From Narcine bancroftii (Eukaryota), in the NCBI RefSeq assembly GCF_036971445.1, contig NC_091469.1:102610001-102674000 (forward strand): a stretch of 64,000 bases of DNA, read 5' to 3'. Below, in pieces: positions 12,501 to 24,129 of this stretch. The position numbers were made by a program, and so were the translations under genes. Positions within the stretch are counted from its first letter, which is position 1; each line of letters begins with the position of its first letter. A model generated the notes under the pieces. It did no database searches and was not told the DNA's origin. It worked only from the letters and a program-made list of their open reading frames with translations.

Positions 12501-14298
12501 GGCCCCTTATCAAGTCCCCACCCTTCCTCCTGACAAAAGAAGCCCGAGGAGCTTCCTTTCGCATAAAAGAAGACATCCTGGAGGAGTCACGTGATGGAGT
12601 AGTGGCCAGTCGGGGAACTCCAGCCCTCTCCGGAAAAGTTTAAAAAAAACACAGAAAACACAAAGGCACAAACACAAAAATTAAAATAAAGTGAAAGTAA
12701 AGGTGGGAAGAAAATGGCAGCGATTTGGACATGTGAGAAAGTGAAAAAATTTTGGGAAGATCTAAACCAGATATTAAATAAAATCACAAAAAGCAATATA
12801 CCAAAAAAACCCAGAGATCTTCCTCCTAAGTAATATAAAAAACAAAGAATTTGGACTTGATTTGGATGGTGCACAAAAAAGATTTGTTAGGATAGCCCTA
12901 GCTGTAGTAAAAAAATGTATTATGTCAGCCTGGAAATTAGAAGATAATTTGAGAATACAACAATGGTATATAGAAATGAATAAATGTATTCCATTAGAAA
13001 AAATAACATATCATTTAAGAAATAATATTACAATATTTGAACAAATATGGGAGCCATACATGAAACACAATAGAGAAAACCTACCGGGGACATCTACCAC
13101 CTAAAATGACAGAAGGAGAAGGGAATGAAAAGAATTGACTCAGTGGAATTTCTTGTTTATTTTTATTGAGTGACAACATTGTTTGACGGGTTTAATGTAT
13201 CTTAGATTCTGAACTTTAAATGAATGGGAGGGGAGGTAGGGAGGGTGGGATGGGTAGAGGGAGGGGGGGGGAGAAAACGACACTGTATATATTTGAAAAG
13301 GAAAATGTATGTATCTTGATCAATGTGGTTTATAGTGTGAAAAATTTAAAAATTTAAAAAAAAAGAAGACATCCTTAAGGCCACAACATATGCGGTGGAT
13401 GAATCTGCCCTGTTTCAGGTCAAGAGCAATGTGTCCAATTTCACCCTGGCCGCCACCCTTAATCAGACAGGTCGGCCTATGGCCTTCTTCTGCCGTACCA
13501 TCTAAGGCCCTGAAGTTCAACACTCCTCCATTGACAAGAAGGCTCAGGTAATAGTTGAGGCAGTGTAGCACTGGAAGTATTACTCGGCCGACAGACGTTT
13601 TACCCTGCTCACGGATCAACAGGCTGTGGCATTCATATTTAATAACAAACAGTGGGGTAAGATAAAAAATGATAAAATTTTGAGGTGGAAGATTGAACTC
13701 AACCTATAACTATGATATTCTGTATTGGCCAGGGAAGCTCAACGAGCCCTCAGATCCCCTGTCCCGAGAGACGTATCCCAGTGCCCAGATAGACCACCTC
13801 AAAACCCTCCACAATGAGCTCTGCCACCTCAGAGTCACGAGATTTTTCCTCTTCATCAAATCTTGTAATCTGCCGTACTCCATCAGGGATGTCAGAGACG
13901 GAGACTGCTGGCTTTGCATGGAGTGCAAATGCACTTCTACCAACCAGATAGGGCGCACCTGGTAAAAGCTACACGGTCTTTGGAATGCCTGAGTGTGGAC
14001 TTCAAGGGCCCCCTCCCCTCCACTAACTGCAATGTGTATTTCTTCATGGTCATGGATGTGTATTCATGTTTCCCCTTTGCCATCCCCTGCCCGGATATAA
14101 CCACCACCACAGTCATTAGGGCACTGTGCAACTTTTTCACCCTGATCGGCTACCTGTCATATGTTCACAGCAACCAGGGGTCCTCATTCATGAGCAATGA
14201 GTTGCACCAATGCCTGCTGGTCAAAGGTTTCGCCACCAGCAGGACCACTAATTATAAGCCCTGAAGGAATGGCCAGGTGGAGAGGGAGAACGCCACCT
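9543..14298 (+). mobile_element. Decayed, 3'-truncated Gypsy LTR retrotransposon (5' LTR about 9543-9754; gag, protease, RT, RNaseH, integrase)
   Basis: Gag ORF 9784-10233, a zinc-knuckle relic, RT motifs (LDAYPLPRI, YLDNV) and integrase LSVDFKGPLPS. Interrupted at about 11595-12089 and at 12580-13360. Confidence 0.9.
12580..13360 (+). mobile_element. Internally deleted L1-type LINE (5' end joined to ORF2 C-terminus and 3' UTR)
   Basis: 15-bp TSD AAAAGAAGACATCCT (12565-12579 and 13361-13375), an A-rich tail, and an L1 ORF2-like end IWTCEKVKKFW...IPLEKITY...FEQIWEPY. Confidence 0.85.
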
Positions 14299-15568
14299 GC
14301 TCGGTCTTTCTTCGAGATCATGGTTTTCATGTTCCAGCACTATTCCCATTTCCTTTGGTTCCCATAACTTTCAAAAATCTATCAATCTCAATTTTAAGTT
14401 GAGAATTGTAAAGTGAAGAAATCTCTCCCCATTTTAAATGGGTCACCCCTTATTTTGAGACTGTGTTTCTAGATTCCTCAAAAAGGAAAAAAACATCCTT
14501 CTTGTATCCAGGCCACTGAACCCAGTAAGAAACTTGTAAACTTCAATGAGGGCTCCTCTCATTCTTTAAAAGTGAAGTAGAATAAAATACAATAAAATAT
14601 AAATAATCAAGAAAATAAGGCCTTGAATTCCACCATACCTGGAACAAATTTGTTTAATATTACCTCCAGGAAATATATTTTTTGGGAAAGGAGACCAAAC
14701 AGTATGAAATACCAAGGTCCTATATAATTTCAGTACGACAGCTTTTCTCCTTCATTCAAAACATCTCATAAAAAAGGCCAGCACATTATTTGTCTTGCTT
14801 ATTGCTTTCTGCACTTGGATGTTGATTTTTTGTGATTTCAGTACATTGACACCTAGCTCCCATTGAACACCAGAGGATGTTTAGAGTGAATATGTACAGA
14901 GTGAGTGTGAGTAATATCCATGTTAAAAGGTTAAGTCTTACAGAGAGAGTCTTTAGAGGTGATTGTATAGAGGGCTACCTGCACTGAATGAGTTTGCACT
15001 GGATGTGTATACAAGGTGAATATAGGTGTGTATATGAGTGCAGTATGTATGCATGCAAGATGAGTGGATAAGTATGCATAGAATTTGTATACAGCATCCA
15101 TATGTACAGGATGAGTTATAATAAGTAACCTTGAACAGTGTGACAGTGTGAGTGGAGGTGAATGTGTACATGTGTAAAGGGCAAATCTCTCACAAGTTGA
15201 GCATTATTAAGGGCCTATGTGCATAGCAGAAGTAAATGTCATTGCACAAGCAGGGGAAGTGGGAACAGTGAAGTGTGGATGGGTGAGTGAGATGTGGATT
15301 TGAGTTTTGAACCAGGCTGGATCAAGTTTCAGTTTGTTGAACTATCATCCCTTTCCACCCCTCAGTCTGCCAGATAGGTTAATATATTGTTTTAGTCTGC
15401 AATATATTGTGTAAGTACTTACACCAAGGGAAGGAGAGCAACTACAGATTATCATTGCTTAATAAGGTGGAGGAGAGGGTTTAGGTATCTGGGAAGATTA
15501 AGGAATGATTGGTGACCCAGGCTTGTGGAGCATTCTCAATCATTGCAGTTCTGTTAGGTGCAACTCAC

Positions 15569-15789
15569 CAGTGTAGCCTGGAATGAGTTTCTGTGGATGG
15601 ATCTGGTCTGACACATCAGGTGTACAATTCTCCTCATATTTTGGAAGACACTTATCCAGAGTTTCAGTCATTGGTGACAGAATCGATTGGTCAGCTTTTG
15701 ACTTTTTAGGATCCTTAAGGATATCATGAGTAATCCTTCCGTAAGTCTTGCCAAACTGGAATGGAAATGTCCGGGAGTATCCTCCATAT
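15569..15789 (-). CDS. CIMIP2A: CIMIP2A/FAM166A coding exon 2
   Basis: Acceptor cacccatccag, donor CTG|gtgagt. 221 nt, phase 2 to 1. Encodes YGGYSRTFPFQFGKTYGRITHDILKDP...SILSPM...KLIPGYT, resembling FAM166A GNTYGRTT..LLTDP..SVLSPM. Confidence 0.9.
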
Positions 15790-16924
15790 CTGGATGGGTG
15801 ACAAAAGTAAATATCATTGCACAAGCAGCCTGGTGGCAACAGCTCCTGGACTACAGGGTTCTAGAGATATACAGCAAAGAAACAGCCCTTCACCCCTCTG
15901 TGTCCATACACTAATCCCATTTACCAGCATTTGATCTGTTGTCTCCTGTGCCTTGGCGAATCAAGTACTTGTCTGGATTCTTCTCAAATGTATTGACAGT
16001 ACCTGCCTTCTCTTCCTCTATCCACACAGACAGTGCAATCTAGATTCCAAATATCATCTCATGAAAAAAAATTCTTTGGATCTCCTCCATCCAATCTCCT
16101 CCAAACAACTTATCCTAATCCAGTGCCTTGAGGTTTCAGACACCTCTACTATGGGGAAATGTTTTTCTCAAACTATCCTATTTATGCCTTCATAATTTAG
16201 TAAGCCTTAATCAGGTCCATATCTCATCTTCTTGCACTTCAAGAAAAACAAAACCAGTACCCTATCAGTCACTGAGCAAAAATGTTCATGTCTTGGTTTG
16301 CACTGACTTATTAAAATGTGACATTCAAGGGAATAGAAGTTTCCAGACTGCTATAATTCTCATTTCTCCTCATCACCTTTACTCCTCACCTTCCCCACAT
16401 TTCCGAACCAGACAAAAACGATTTGTGCTCATTGTTAAACACACTCCTCTGGAGGAATTCAGTGGTTCAAGCAACATCAAAGGGAGAAAAGGAATGGTCA
16501 TTGTTTTGGGCCAAAACCCTTTATCAGTTGGCTCCAGCAGGTTGCATTTAGCTTCAGATTCCAGTATCTGCATTTTCCTGTGTGTCACTTTTGTGGTCTG
16601 TGTTTCTGAACAGAATTATTTTATCTCTTTGCACAATGCTAGCCATGGTATGGAAATCCAAATAAATAGGGAACCTTTCAGTTCTTCCTCATAAGAGTGT
16701 CCTAATCTGAGAGTCCGTGTGAATAGTGAGGAAATGTCACCTGAAGCACTCAATTAGGAATTCTTTGGCAAAGAACTTTGATAGAAATCTTAGTCCATTT
16801 AAGCAGTGCAAATAAGTGCCATGGAGAGAGGATGAATAACAAGCACAAAGTTGTCCTTATTATGGAAACATATAGAAGTGGAATTATGATCCTTAACACA
16901 AAGATTAAAAGTGGTTAGCTTTCG

Positions 16925-17765
16925 ACTTGCCCTAATGTGTTGGGGACCAAGATATTGGGACACACCAGTCAGGACATGCACAGTGAATGACGGGGCCCTG
17001 GGAAGTGTTGAGGAACAAAGGAAATGAGAGGTACAAATACATTGTGCCCTGAAAATGGCAACACAGACTGTCAGGGTGATGAAGAAGGAGAATAGCATGC
17101 TGATCTTTCTTGATCAGACCATTATGAAAGTTGGGATGTCATGTTACAATTGTACAAAACATTGATTAGGCCACACTAGGAGTGTTGTGCGTACTTCTGG
17201 TATTGTGGGAAGGTTGCAACAGGACTAGAGAGGATGCAGAAAAGATACAGTAAGGGTGCTGCTTGCAGTGGAGGCTTGACTTTCAAGGAGAGGTTGTTAG
17301 GTCGAGAGATGAGCTGATAGAGGTATAAAATTATGAGAGGCATAGATAGTCTGAGGCTGTTTCCCATGGTTAAACCAGAGAACATACATTTAAGGTGAGA
17401 GGGAGGAGGTTTAAAGGGGATCTGATGGGTAAATGTTTCTCACACAGAGTAGTTGGTATCTGGAATGAGCTGTCAGAGGAGGTGGTGGAGGCAGGAGGGG
17501 AGGAGGGAGGAAGGGAGAGAGGGGAGGGGAATGGGAAGGAGGGTGAGTGGGAGTTGGGAAGGAAGGAGAGAGATGAGGGAGAGGGGAAGAAGGGAAGGGG
17601 AGGGAGAGGGCAGGGAGGAAAGGAGGGGAGGTACCAACACAAGCGCATCTGGACAAGAACAAGTGGGCAGGGCACAGAGTGATATAGAATTAATGAAGGC
17701 ATGATGGTTGGCTCAGATACAGTAGGCGAAAGGTCCTGTTTCCATGCTGTACAACTCTATAACTA
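16925..17765 (+). mobile_element. Old CR1 3' fragments containing a purine-rich tract
   Basis: RGRRFKGDLMGKCFSHRVVGIWNELSEEVVEAG. G/A-rich tract at about 17490-17630. Confidence 0.75.
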
Positions 17766-18689
17766 GAAGACACCATTGTTCAGGTGTTTGTCTGCTACAT
17801 GATCAATGGGTCATATGTTTTGATGACATTTTCAAGAATCTTGAAATATTAATATAGGATGAAAAATAGTTGTCGTATATTGTTTATTCATGTGTATCTT
17901 CTTTCCAAAACATTCACTTCTTTCCAAAACATCTTGAGCAAAGAATTGCTGGAGGAACGTAACAGGTCAGGCATCATCCATGGAAGGCAATGGACAGCAT
18001 TTCAGGCTGAAAACCCTTCATCAGGAATAGCAAGAAATAAAAGGGTGAGGAGACGGGAAGGAGCACGAGCTGGCAGGTGATAGATGAATAGAGCTGGGAG
18101 GTGGAAGAAATGGGAAAGAAGTTAAAAGTGCTGAGTTCCTCCAGCAATTCTTTGTATAAAGAGGCTATTTTTTAAGAATTTGTAGAGAGCCAATTTCAAA
18201 GAGGAAAGATTAAGTTTCTTGCTAATGAAAAAACAGAATGGATATGTTAGATTATTTCTCATTATGTTCTCTAGTCAAAGATATTGGGAGCATCTGGATT
18301 TGGTTGGGAACAATGAAAGCTTGCAAATCTGTAATTGGGGCTTGGAAATGGAATTGTCTCATGAGGAGAGTTTGCTGATTTCAGAAGCCCAAAGGGGCAA
18401 TTAAACACTCAGTGAAGATAAAGGAAAGATCTGGAGTGGTTATCACACCGTTTGCAAAGAGGAATATGGTCACAAATAGAAATACACTGAACAGGACATG
18501 CAGCCAGTTACAGATACATGGGCCCTGGCGTCATCCCTCCCACCACATCTTCTACACTGACACTGTACACTTTCCTTACTCTGATAAAGAGTTTCAGCCC
18601 TTCCAGCAGATTGTATTTGGCTTCAGATTCAGCATCCTGTGTCTCCACAGTATACTTAGCCTGTTATAGTCATAAAGTCATTCAGACAG

Positions 18690-18971
18690 GCCCTTTGTCC
18701 AACTGCGTCCACACCAATTATCGAGCACCCATCTACACTGATCTGATTTTTTCTGCTTCGTGCCAGATTTTCTGCCACCTACCTACTCGAGGAAATAACA
18801 ATTAACACAGCAATTAGCATGTCTTTGGGGCATGGGAGGAAATTGGAGCACACAAAGGGAATCCACGTGGTCATAGACAGAAGATGCAAACTCCATCGAG
18901 ATAGCACCAGAGGTCAAGATCGAAAGGGGTTGCTGGAGGTGAGAGGCTGCAGTGCTAACTCCTGTGCCATT
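18690..18971 (-). mobile_element. tRNA-headed V-SINE/HE1-like SINE
   Basis: Minus strand reads TGGCACAGGAGTTAGCACTGCAGCCTC (A-box-like) and a V-core GGAGTTTGCATCTTCTG...TTTCCTCCCATGCCCCAAAGACATG. Confidence 0.75.
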
Positions 18972-19229
18972 GAGTCACCCCATACCTGATGAAGGGCCCA
19001 TGACCAAAACTGCTGGGAGACCTGCTGAATTTCTCCAACACTTTTGTGTATTGCACATTTACGCAGATTATATGGATAGGAAGGATTTAGAAAGATATGG
19101 ACAAAATGCAGGTAAATGCGACTAGCCCAGAAAGTTAACTTGGTGAGCATGGAGGTGTTGGGTCAAAGAACCTGTTCCATAGTGTATGACTCTGATTTTA
19201 TTCATACCCCTCCCATTAAGTCAAGTTCT

Positions 19230-19570
19230 TAGTCACAGCACAATCCTGATCAATCTCATCTGTATCTTTTCTAACTTAATAACATCCTTCCTATAGCTGG
19301 TTGACCAGAATTTCACACAGTACTCCACAAGTGTGGCCTGACCAACAAATTGCATAGCTATTATCATGATGTCCCAACCCAGGTATTCAAATGCCTGCCT
19401 AATGATGGCAAACATGTCGAACACCTTCTTTATCACGGTGCCCACTAATGCCGTCATTTTCAGGGAACTTGTGCCCCAAGGCCCCTCTCTTCTACAAGGC
19501 TCTCTAAGGATCTATCATTTACTGTGTGAGTTCTGCCCCATTTTGATTTAATTCATCACCTTGCATTTGA
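19230..19570 (-). mobile_element. CR1 fragment
   Basis: EYCVKFWSTSYRKDVIKLEKIQMR. Confidence 0.75.
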
Positions 19571-21017
19571 GGTGACACGGAATTTATTTCTTCATTGTTA
19601 GAATGAATAAGGAGTCAGTCCAACATTTGGAGAAGACACCTGTTGCAACCAACTGGTAGCTGTTCTCTTGCCGCTCTTTGTGGGTCTCCAGGCAATCTGG
19701 GCTAAAATGTTAATATTTACACTTTTACAAAGTGTCACAAATACTAGCACCATCACAATAGCCCCATACCTCTTCAATTATCCCTCCTCATAGCCAATAT
19801 CTTCCCCAGAGTTTCAGATGTGAGTCAGGTTTCTCCACTGCCGTAATTCCAACATGATAGGTTTTTTTTAAAGTCACTTGTGATATAACTTTTCTTCTTT
19901 GAAGCCTTAGTGTTGTTGTTCACACTAATCTCTCAAATGCCCCTCCAGTCCAGCTGAATGGACCATAATAGACTAAAAAAAAATCAATGGTGATGGCACT
20001 TAATTTCTCATCACACAATCTCCTTCAACCCCTGCTGCCTTTTAACTTGTCAGGCACATGCAGAGCCATGTTAAAATACAAATTTAATGTTACTCATCTT
20101 CCAACTCAGTTTACGCACTGAACAGTACATCTATCCATGAATAGATATTCAATCACATCCACACACCCTGTAAAAGACCTGAATGAGAATCGCACAAACA
20201 GTATATACTATTGTATAGACTTAAAAGAAGACTCTGGTCTAATGCTTCCTGAAGGAGTAAGTATTGAAAAACAAACCATCTGATAACAAAGTCCCAGTAC
20301 TGAGGCATCAAAGAAAAAGGCAGAGAAAACATTCCACCATTTCTCTCTCAGAAGCATAATGAAAGATAAAAGCAAACCAAAGGAGACACTGAAGGTTGGG
20401 GAGGAGGTTCACCTTAATCTGAGTCAAAGAGGTTTATTTTAAGGAGGAGGCAGAAAGAGAGGAACGTTTCAGAAAGGAATTCCAGAACTCGGGCACCAAA
20501 ACACCTGAGGATTGGAAAGTTGTGAGGAAGTGTAAGAAGAAAGCACAGGAGTTCAGAGATGGAGTGGAATGCGGCCTTGGAGAGGTATAAACTCATGTCA
20601 GGCGATGGAGTCTGTTGGAACATGGAGAATAGGAGAAGTGCTGAGATGAATTTAGTGGGGAATGTAAAGAAGGAGGTCAGCTGAGTGTACACGTTCGCAG
20701 GTAGGGAGGACGCCCCAGGAATCAAATGGCCTGACACATGGGGCAATAGCAGGAAATGTTACTAAGGTGATGGAGAGGAGGGGCAGTTGCTGTTGGTTCT
20801 CCACGTACTTCATCCAGTTATGAGGAAACACTGCAGATGCTAGAAGTCTAGATATAAGTAGAAAATGGGAGGAATAACAGTGTCAGGCAGACTGAAAGGA
20901 ATAACAATATCGTTTCTATAATTCTTGCTCCAGATTCCTGCGTCTGCAGCCTCTTCTGTCTCCATCAAGATTGTTTCTTCAAGACTTGCTTCTTCAAATA
21001 GTTTGATAGCTACTTAC

Positions 21018-21070
21018 CCAGGAATATAATGTGGCTCTGGAGTGAAGAGATGGTGTTTTTTTGTAGTCAT
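21018..21070 (-). CDS. CIMIP2A: CIMIP2A/FAM166A coding exon 1 (start codon)
   Basis: ATG at 21070, encoding MTTKKHHLFTPEPHYIP(G), close to human FAM166A MTTTQKHDLFTPEPHYVPG. Donor GG|gtaagt, phase 2, fits exon 2. Confidence 0.92.
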
Positions 21071-21153
21071 TTTTCAAATGCAGGTATTTTACTAACTCTT
21101 GATAGTTGGGACACTCAGGGGCACAGCCCCTTTCCTACTGTCAGTGTCAAGTA

Positions 21154-21166
21154 GTTACTAAGCAAC
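21154..21166. promoter_or_regulatory. RFX-binding X-box upstream of CIMIP2A
   Basis: GTTACTAAGCAAC (reverse complement GTTGCTTAGTAAC) is an imperfect palindrome matching the GTNRCN(0-3)RGYAAC consensus, 84 bp upstream of the ATG of a ciliary gene. Confidence 0.65.
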
Positions 21167-21181
21167 CAGCTGACAGTGCCC

Positions 21182-22294
21182 ATGACAAAAGCATGGGCAC
21201 CACTGCCAGTCAAGCTAGTCAACAATTTGCTGCTTGATGTCGAAGAACACTGTGCAGGAAAAATGATGGGTTCTTCAATCCCATTCCAGTCCCACTGGCC
21301 AAAAGTAAGTGTAGATAGTCATGGCCATTTTGTCAAAGTAACACCTGTAAACGTGGGTCAGTTTGACCCAAACAATCCAAAATCCCACAAACTAGCCTCT
21401 TGCAAAAAGACTCCCACTCATCCACCCTACCACCATTTCATGAAGGAGAAGTATTTCCCACATGGCAGCCAAGCATTTCTAACCCTTCTTGCTCAGTTCA
21501 AGGCAAAGGCAATAGCACAGTCTGGCCTGGAGTGTGTTGGGACACACATCCCATCCCCAGCAGAGTGGAGAGCTCTGGAAGAACTCCGTCAAGAAACTGA
21601 ACCGGGACCCTCATCAGCAACTGCCAGCAAAGCAGCTGACCCAGCCCAAAGATCTCAGCCAGCCAGCCAGAAAGGCCAAGAGGACACTGCTCAGGAAACT
21701 CAAGAAACAGCAACAGCTCAAGCTTCTGAAGTCCCGAAGGCAGTGACCACTCAAACCCCAGATTACCTTGTGATGCATGATCCAAGATACTTCCTGCGAG
21801 AAACTGGAGGGTGGGCCATCTGCCTAGACACCGCAAAGTCCCCATTACCAGGGTTTCAGCTACAATGTCCATGTGAGATGATAACTTTGACTTATTGTCC
21901 TTGTAAGCTACTGAAGGAACAGGAATTAAGCACAGTTTCAGGACAGGTCCCACCAGATCAGCAGGATGCAGAACCCAATGAACTAGTAGAACAGGCTGAC
22001 ACAGCTCCCACAGGATCAGCAGAGGATACTAACACTGTTCCTGCAGAACCAACAGAGCAAACTAATGAAGTTACCATTGAACCAGCAGAACAGATTGGCA
22101 CAGCTCCCACTGAACCACCAGAGGAGGCTGACACAGTTCCCTCTGAACCAGCAGAGGAGGCTGACACAGTTCCCGCTGAACCAGCAGAGGTGGTTGACAC
22201 AGGTCCCCCTGAACCAGCAGAGGCAGTAAATACAACTCCTCCTGAACCAGCAGAAGTCTTGGAAACATCTGCTGGTGAACTAGCAGAGAACTGA
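21182..22294 (+). CDS. Uncharacterised ORF (370 aa from first ATG) with C-terminal 11-aa acidic tandem repeats
   Basis: Uninterrupted 1.1-kb ORF with no recognisable TE motifs. Diverged 33-bp repeats keep the frame. A stronger Kozak context (AAAATGATGG) is at 21263. Confidence 0.5.
   Translation: MTKAWAPLPVKLVNNLLLDVEEHCAGKMMGSSIPFQSHWPKVSVDSHGHFVKVTPVNVGQFDPNNPKSHKLASCKKTPTHPPYHHFMKEKYFPHGSQAFLTLLAQFKAKAIAQSGLECVGTHIPSPAEWRALEELRQETEPGPSSATASKAADPAQRSQPASQKGQEDTAQETQETATAQASEVPKAVTTQTPDYLVMHDPRYFLRETGGWAICLDTAKSPLPGFQLQCPCEMITLTYCPCKLLKEQELSTVSGQVPPDQQDAEPNELVEQADTAPTGSAEDTNTVPAEPTEQTNEVTIEPAEQIGTAPTEPPEEADTVPSEPAEEADTVPAEPAEVVDTGPPEPAEAVNTTPPEPAEVLETSAGELAEN
21968..22291 (+). repeat. 33-bp coding-like tandem repeat, about 10 degenerate units (TVPAEPAEEAD-like)
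   Basis: Unit GAACCAGCAGAGGAGGCTGACACAGTTCCCGCT and variants. Confidence 0.85.
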
Positions 22295-22485
22295 TCATGA
22301 TCTCCAGGTAAACAAGTTCAGTGTTCCTTTTATTGTCACATAATGATACATTGAAATGTAACATACATGATATACTTCAACTTTTGTTTACCATAAGGCA
22401 GACAAAGCATCATAATTAGTAATGGCCCAGACCCCTTACAGTTCGAGAGAAAGAGAAGCAAATGAGAGATCCTTCAAAATCATTA

Positions 22486-22816
22486 GCCCTTTTTCCACTG
22501 GCATCCCAGTTATTTGACAGTTCAGTGTCACGGGATAGGATGTGTCATTTCCACTGGGACACCCTTAACTGCGACACTAATTGCTTTTCCACTGAACGCA
22601 CTCATCCCCGAGGATCGGAGTGTTCTACCTTCGACTGGAAACAGGTGAGTTTCTGCAGTCCCTTTTCCACTGGTTTTATCAACACTCCAACATCAGCAAA
22701 CACCGAGGATATGAGTAGGGATAGAGACAGTTAATCCCCAGCGTGAGATGACAGTGCTCCTTTTCCACTGGACCCTGTTTCAGTAAAATTCCAGTTAATT
22801 CCTGGGACAGGGTGCC
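22486..22816. mobile_element. Second copy of the Harbinger-like MITE, right end truncated, inside a minus-strand LINE 3' remnant
   Basis: TTA|GCCCTTTTTCCACTGGCATCCCAGTTA, colinear with 3759-4126. The host remnant begins at TTTATTGTCA near 22328. Confidence 0.7.
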
Positions 22817-23067
22817 TCCAGCAATCCTGCAGCCCCGCAGCCACACAGAGTCCTGTTTGATTAATCAGCAACCCAAGATCCAGATCTAAACCTTAAATCA
22901 AGAAGTTATCAGTGTCCGAGGCCCTTTGGAAGCCCTTCTTCCCCTCAGCATCCTCTTGAATCCTAACTCTGATGCCTGGTTCTCTGAGCCAGTGTCAAGC
23001 GGCCTGCAGCTCATGTGAGTCCCTTAGCCACTCAGCCCCTTGCTGCTCCGCTGCCGTGGTCACCTTC

Positions 23068-24129
23068 TGTGGTGCGCTGTTAGCCAGAATCAGACACACA
23101 CAAAGATAAAGGCTTTAATCCACAAAGACTTCCAATGAGCCAGGCTGGCTGTGGCTGCAGCAACTCTGAGTGAGGCCTTGGGAGGCCGGTGCAGGCTTAT
23201 ATCCCGGAGGGTGATTGACACCCGACCGGGTGGGGCTTGATCCATTCAGGCCGAGTGATTGACAGCGGCCAGGTGTTGTCCTGTCCTCTTATACTCCTGC
23301 AGGTACAGAGGTTGACCCCTGCAGTAGGCCGGTGGTGTACCACCACATTCACCCACTTCATTAAAATTGTCCCGGAGGGGGGGCGGCAGTAACAAGGAAT
23401 CGCACCCACTATGTACATACAATATTTAAAGGTTGAGACGACTCGGCGGCCGCCGGGGTCTCTGTAACCGTCGTAGGGCTGGCTCCTCGTCACTGGTCAG
23501 AGGGGAAGTGGGGGGGGGTGGTGGCAGGGGTGTGTGGGGCTGGTGTGGTGCTGCGCAGAGGGGTGGCCAGGGGGGCTGGGGTCGACGTATGCAGGTCGTA
23601 TTGGATGGGTGGGGGGGGGGGGTGGGTTTGTCTCCTAAGTCTGAAGCGGGCCCCTGGTGGTCAAGGAGGCCCTGCGTGCCCCATAGCTGTCTGTGGACAG
23701 GGATGTATGCCCGGTCAGCGTCGTCTGGGTTGGAGGGTGGCGTGGTGTGGTGGGTGCTCCTGCTGGCACCAGGTCCCTGGTTGAGACAGTGTCTTCCCTG
23801 CCACTGCCAAACCTAATGTAAGCGTAGTTACGGTTTGCATGAAGGAGGAAAACCTGCTCTACCAGGGCTTCGGCCTTGTGGGTCCGTACATGCTTTCGCA
23901 GAAGCACCGGTCCCAGGGACGTGAGCCACGCTGGGAGTGATATTCCAGTCGCCGACCTCCTGGGGAATGAGAATGAGGGGTCTCGTTGGTAGCCGTGCTC
24001 AGCAGTAACCGGTTGGGGCTTGATGCATTCAGGCTGACTGATTGACAGCCGGCTAGATGTTGTCCTGTCCCCTTACACTCCTGCAGGTACAGAGGTTGCC
24101 CCTGCAGTAGGCCGGTGTGTACCTCCACA
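23068..24129 (-). mobile_element. Internally deleted Gypsy element (one full LTR 23068-23347, integrase C-terminus, partial LTR about 24010-24129)
   Basis: TGTGGTG...CACCACA LTR termini, a 5-bp TSD CCTTC (23063-23067 and 24130-24134), and integrase tail LLRKHVR...LLHANRNYAYIRF..GREDTVSTRDL. Confidence 0.85.

Noticed and set aside
16128-16694. 188-aa plus-strand ORF
   Set aside because: It spans antisense CR1 and Penelope-derived fragments, has a non-ATG start and shows no protein-like motifs.
21176-22294. Calling the orphan ORF STPG3 on positional grounds
   Set aside because: It has no clear PGPxxY repeats or recognisable STPG3 blocks, only weak IPSPAEW and SQAFLTLLAQF resemblances.
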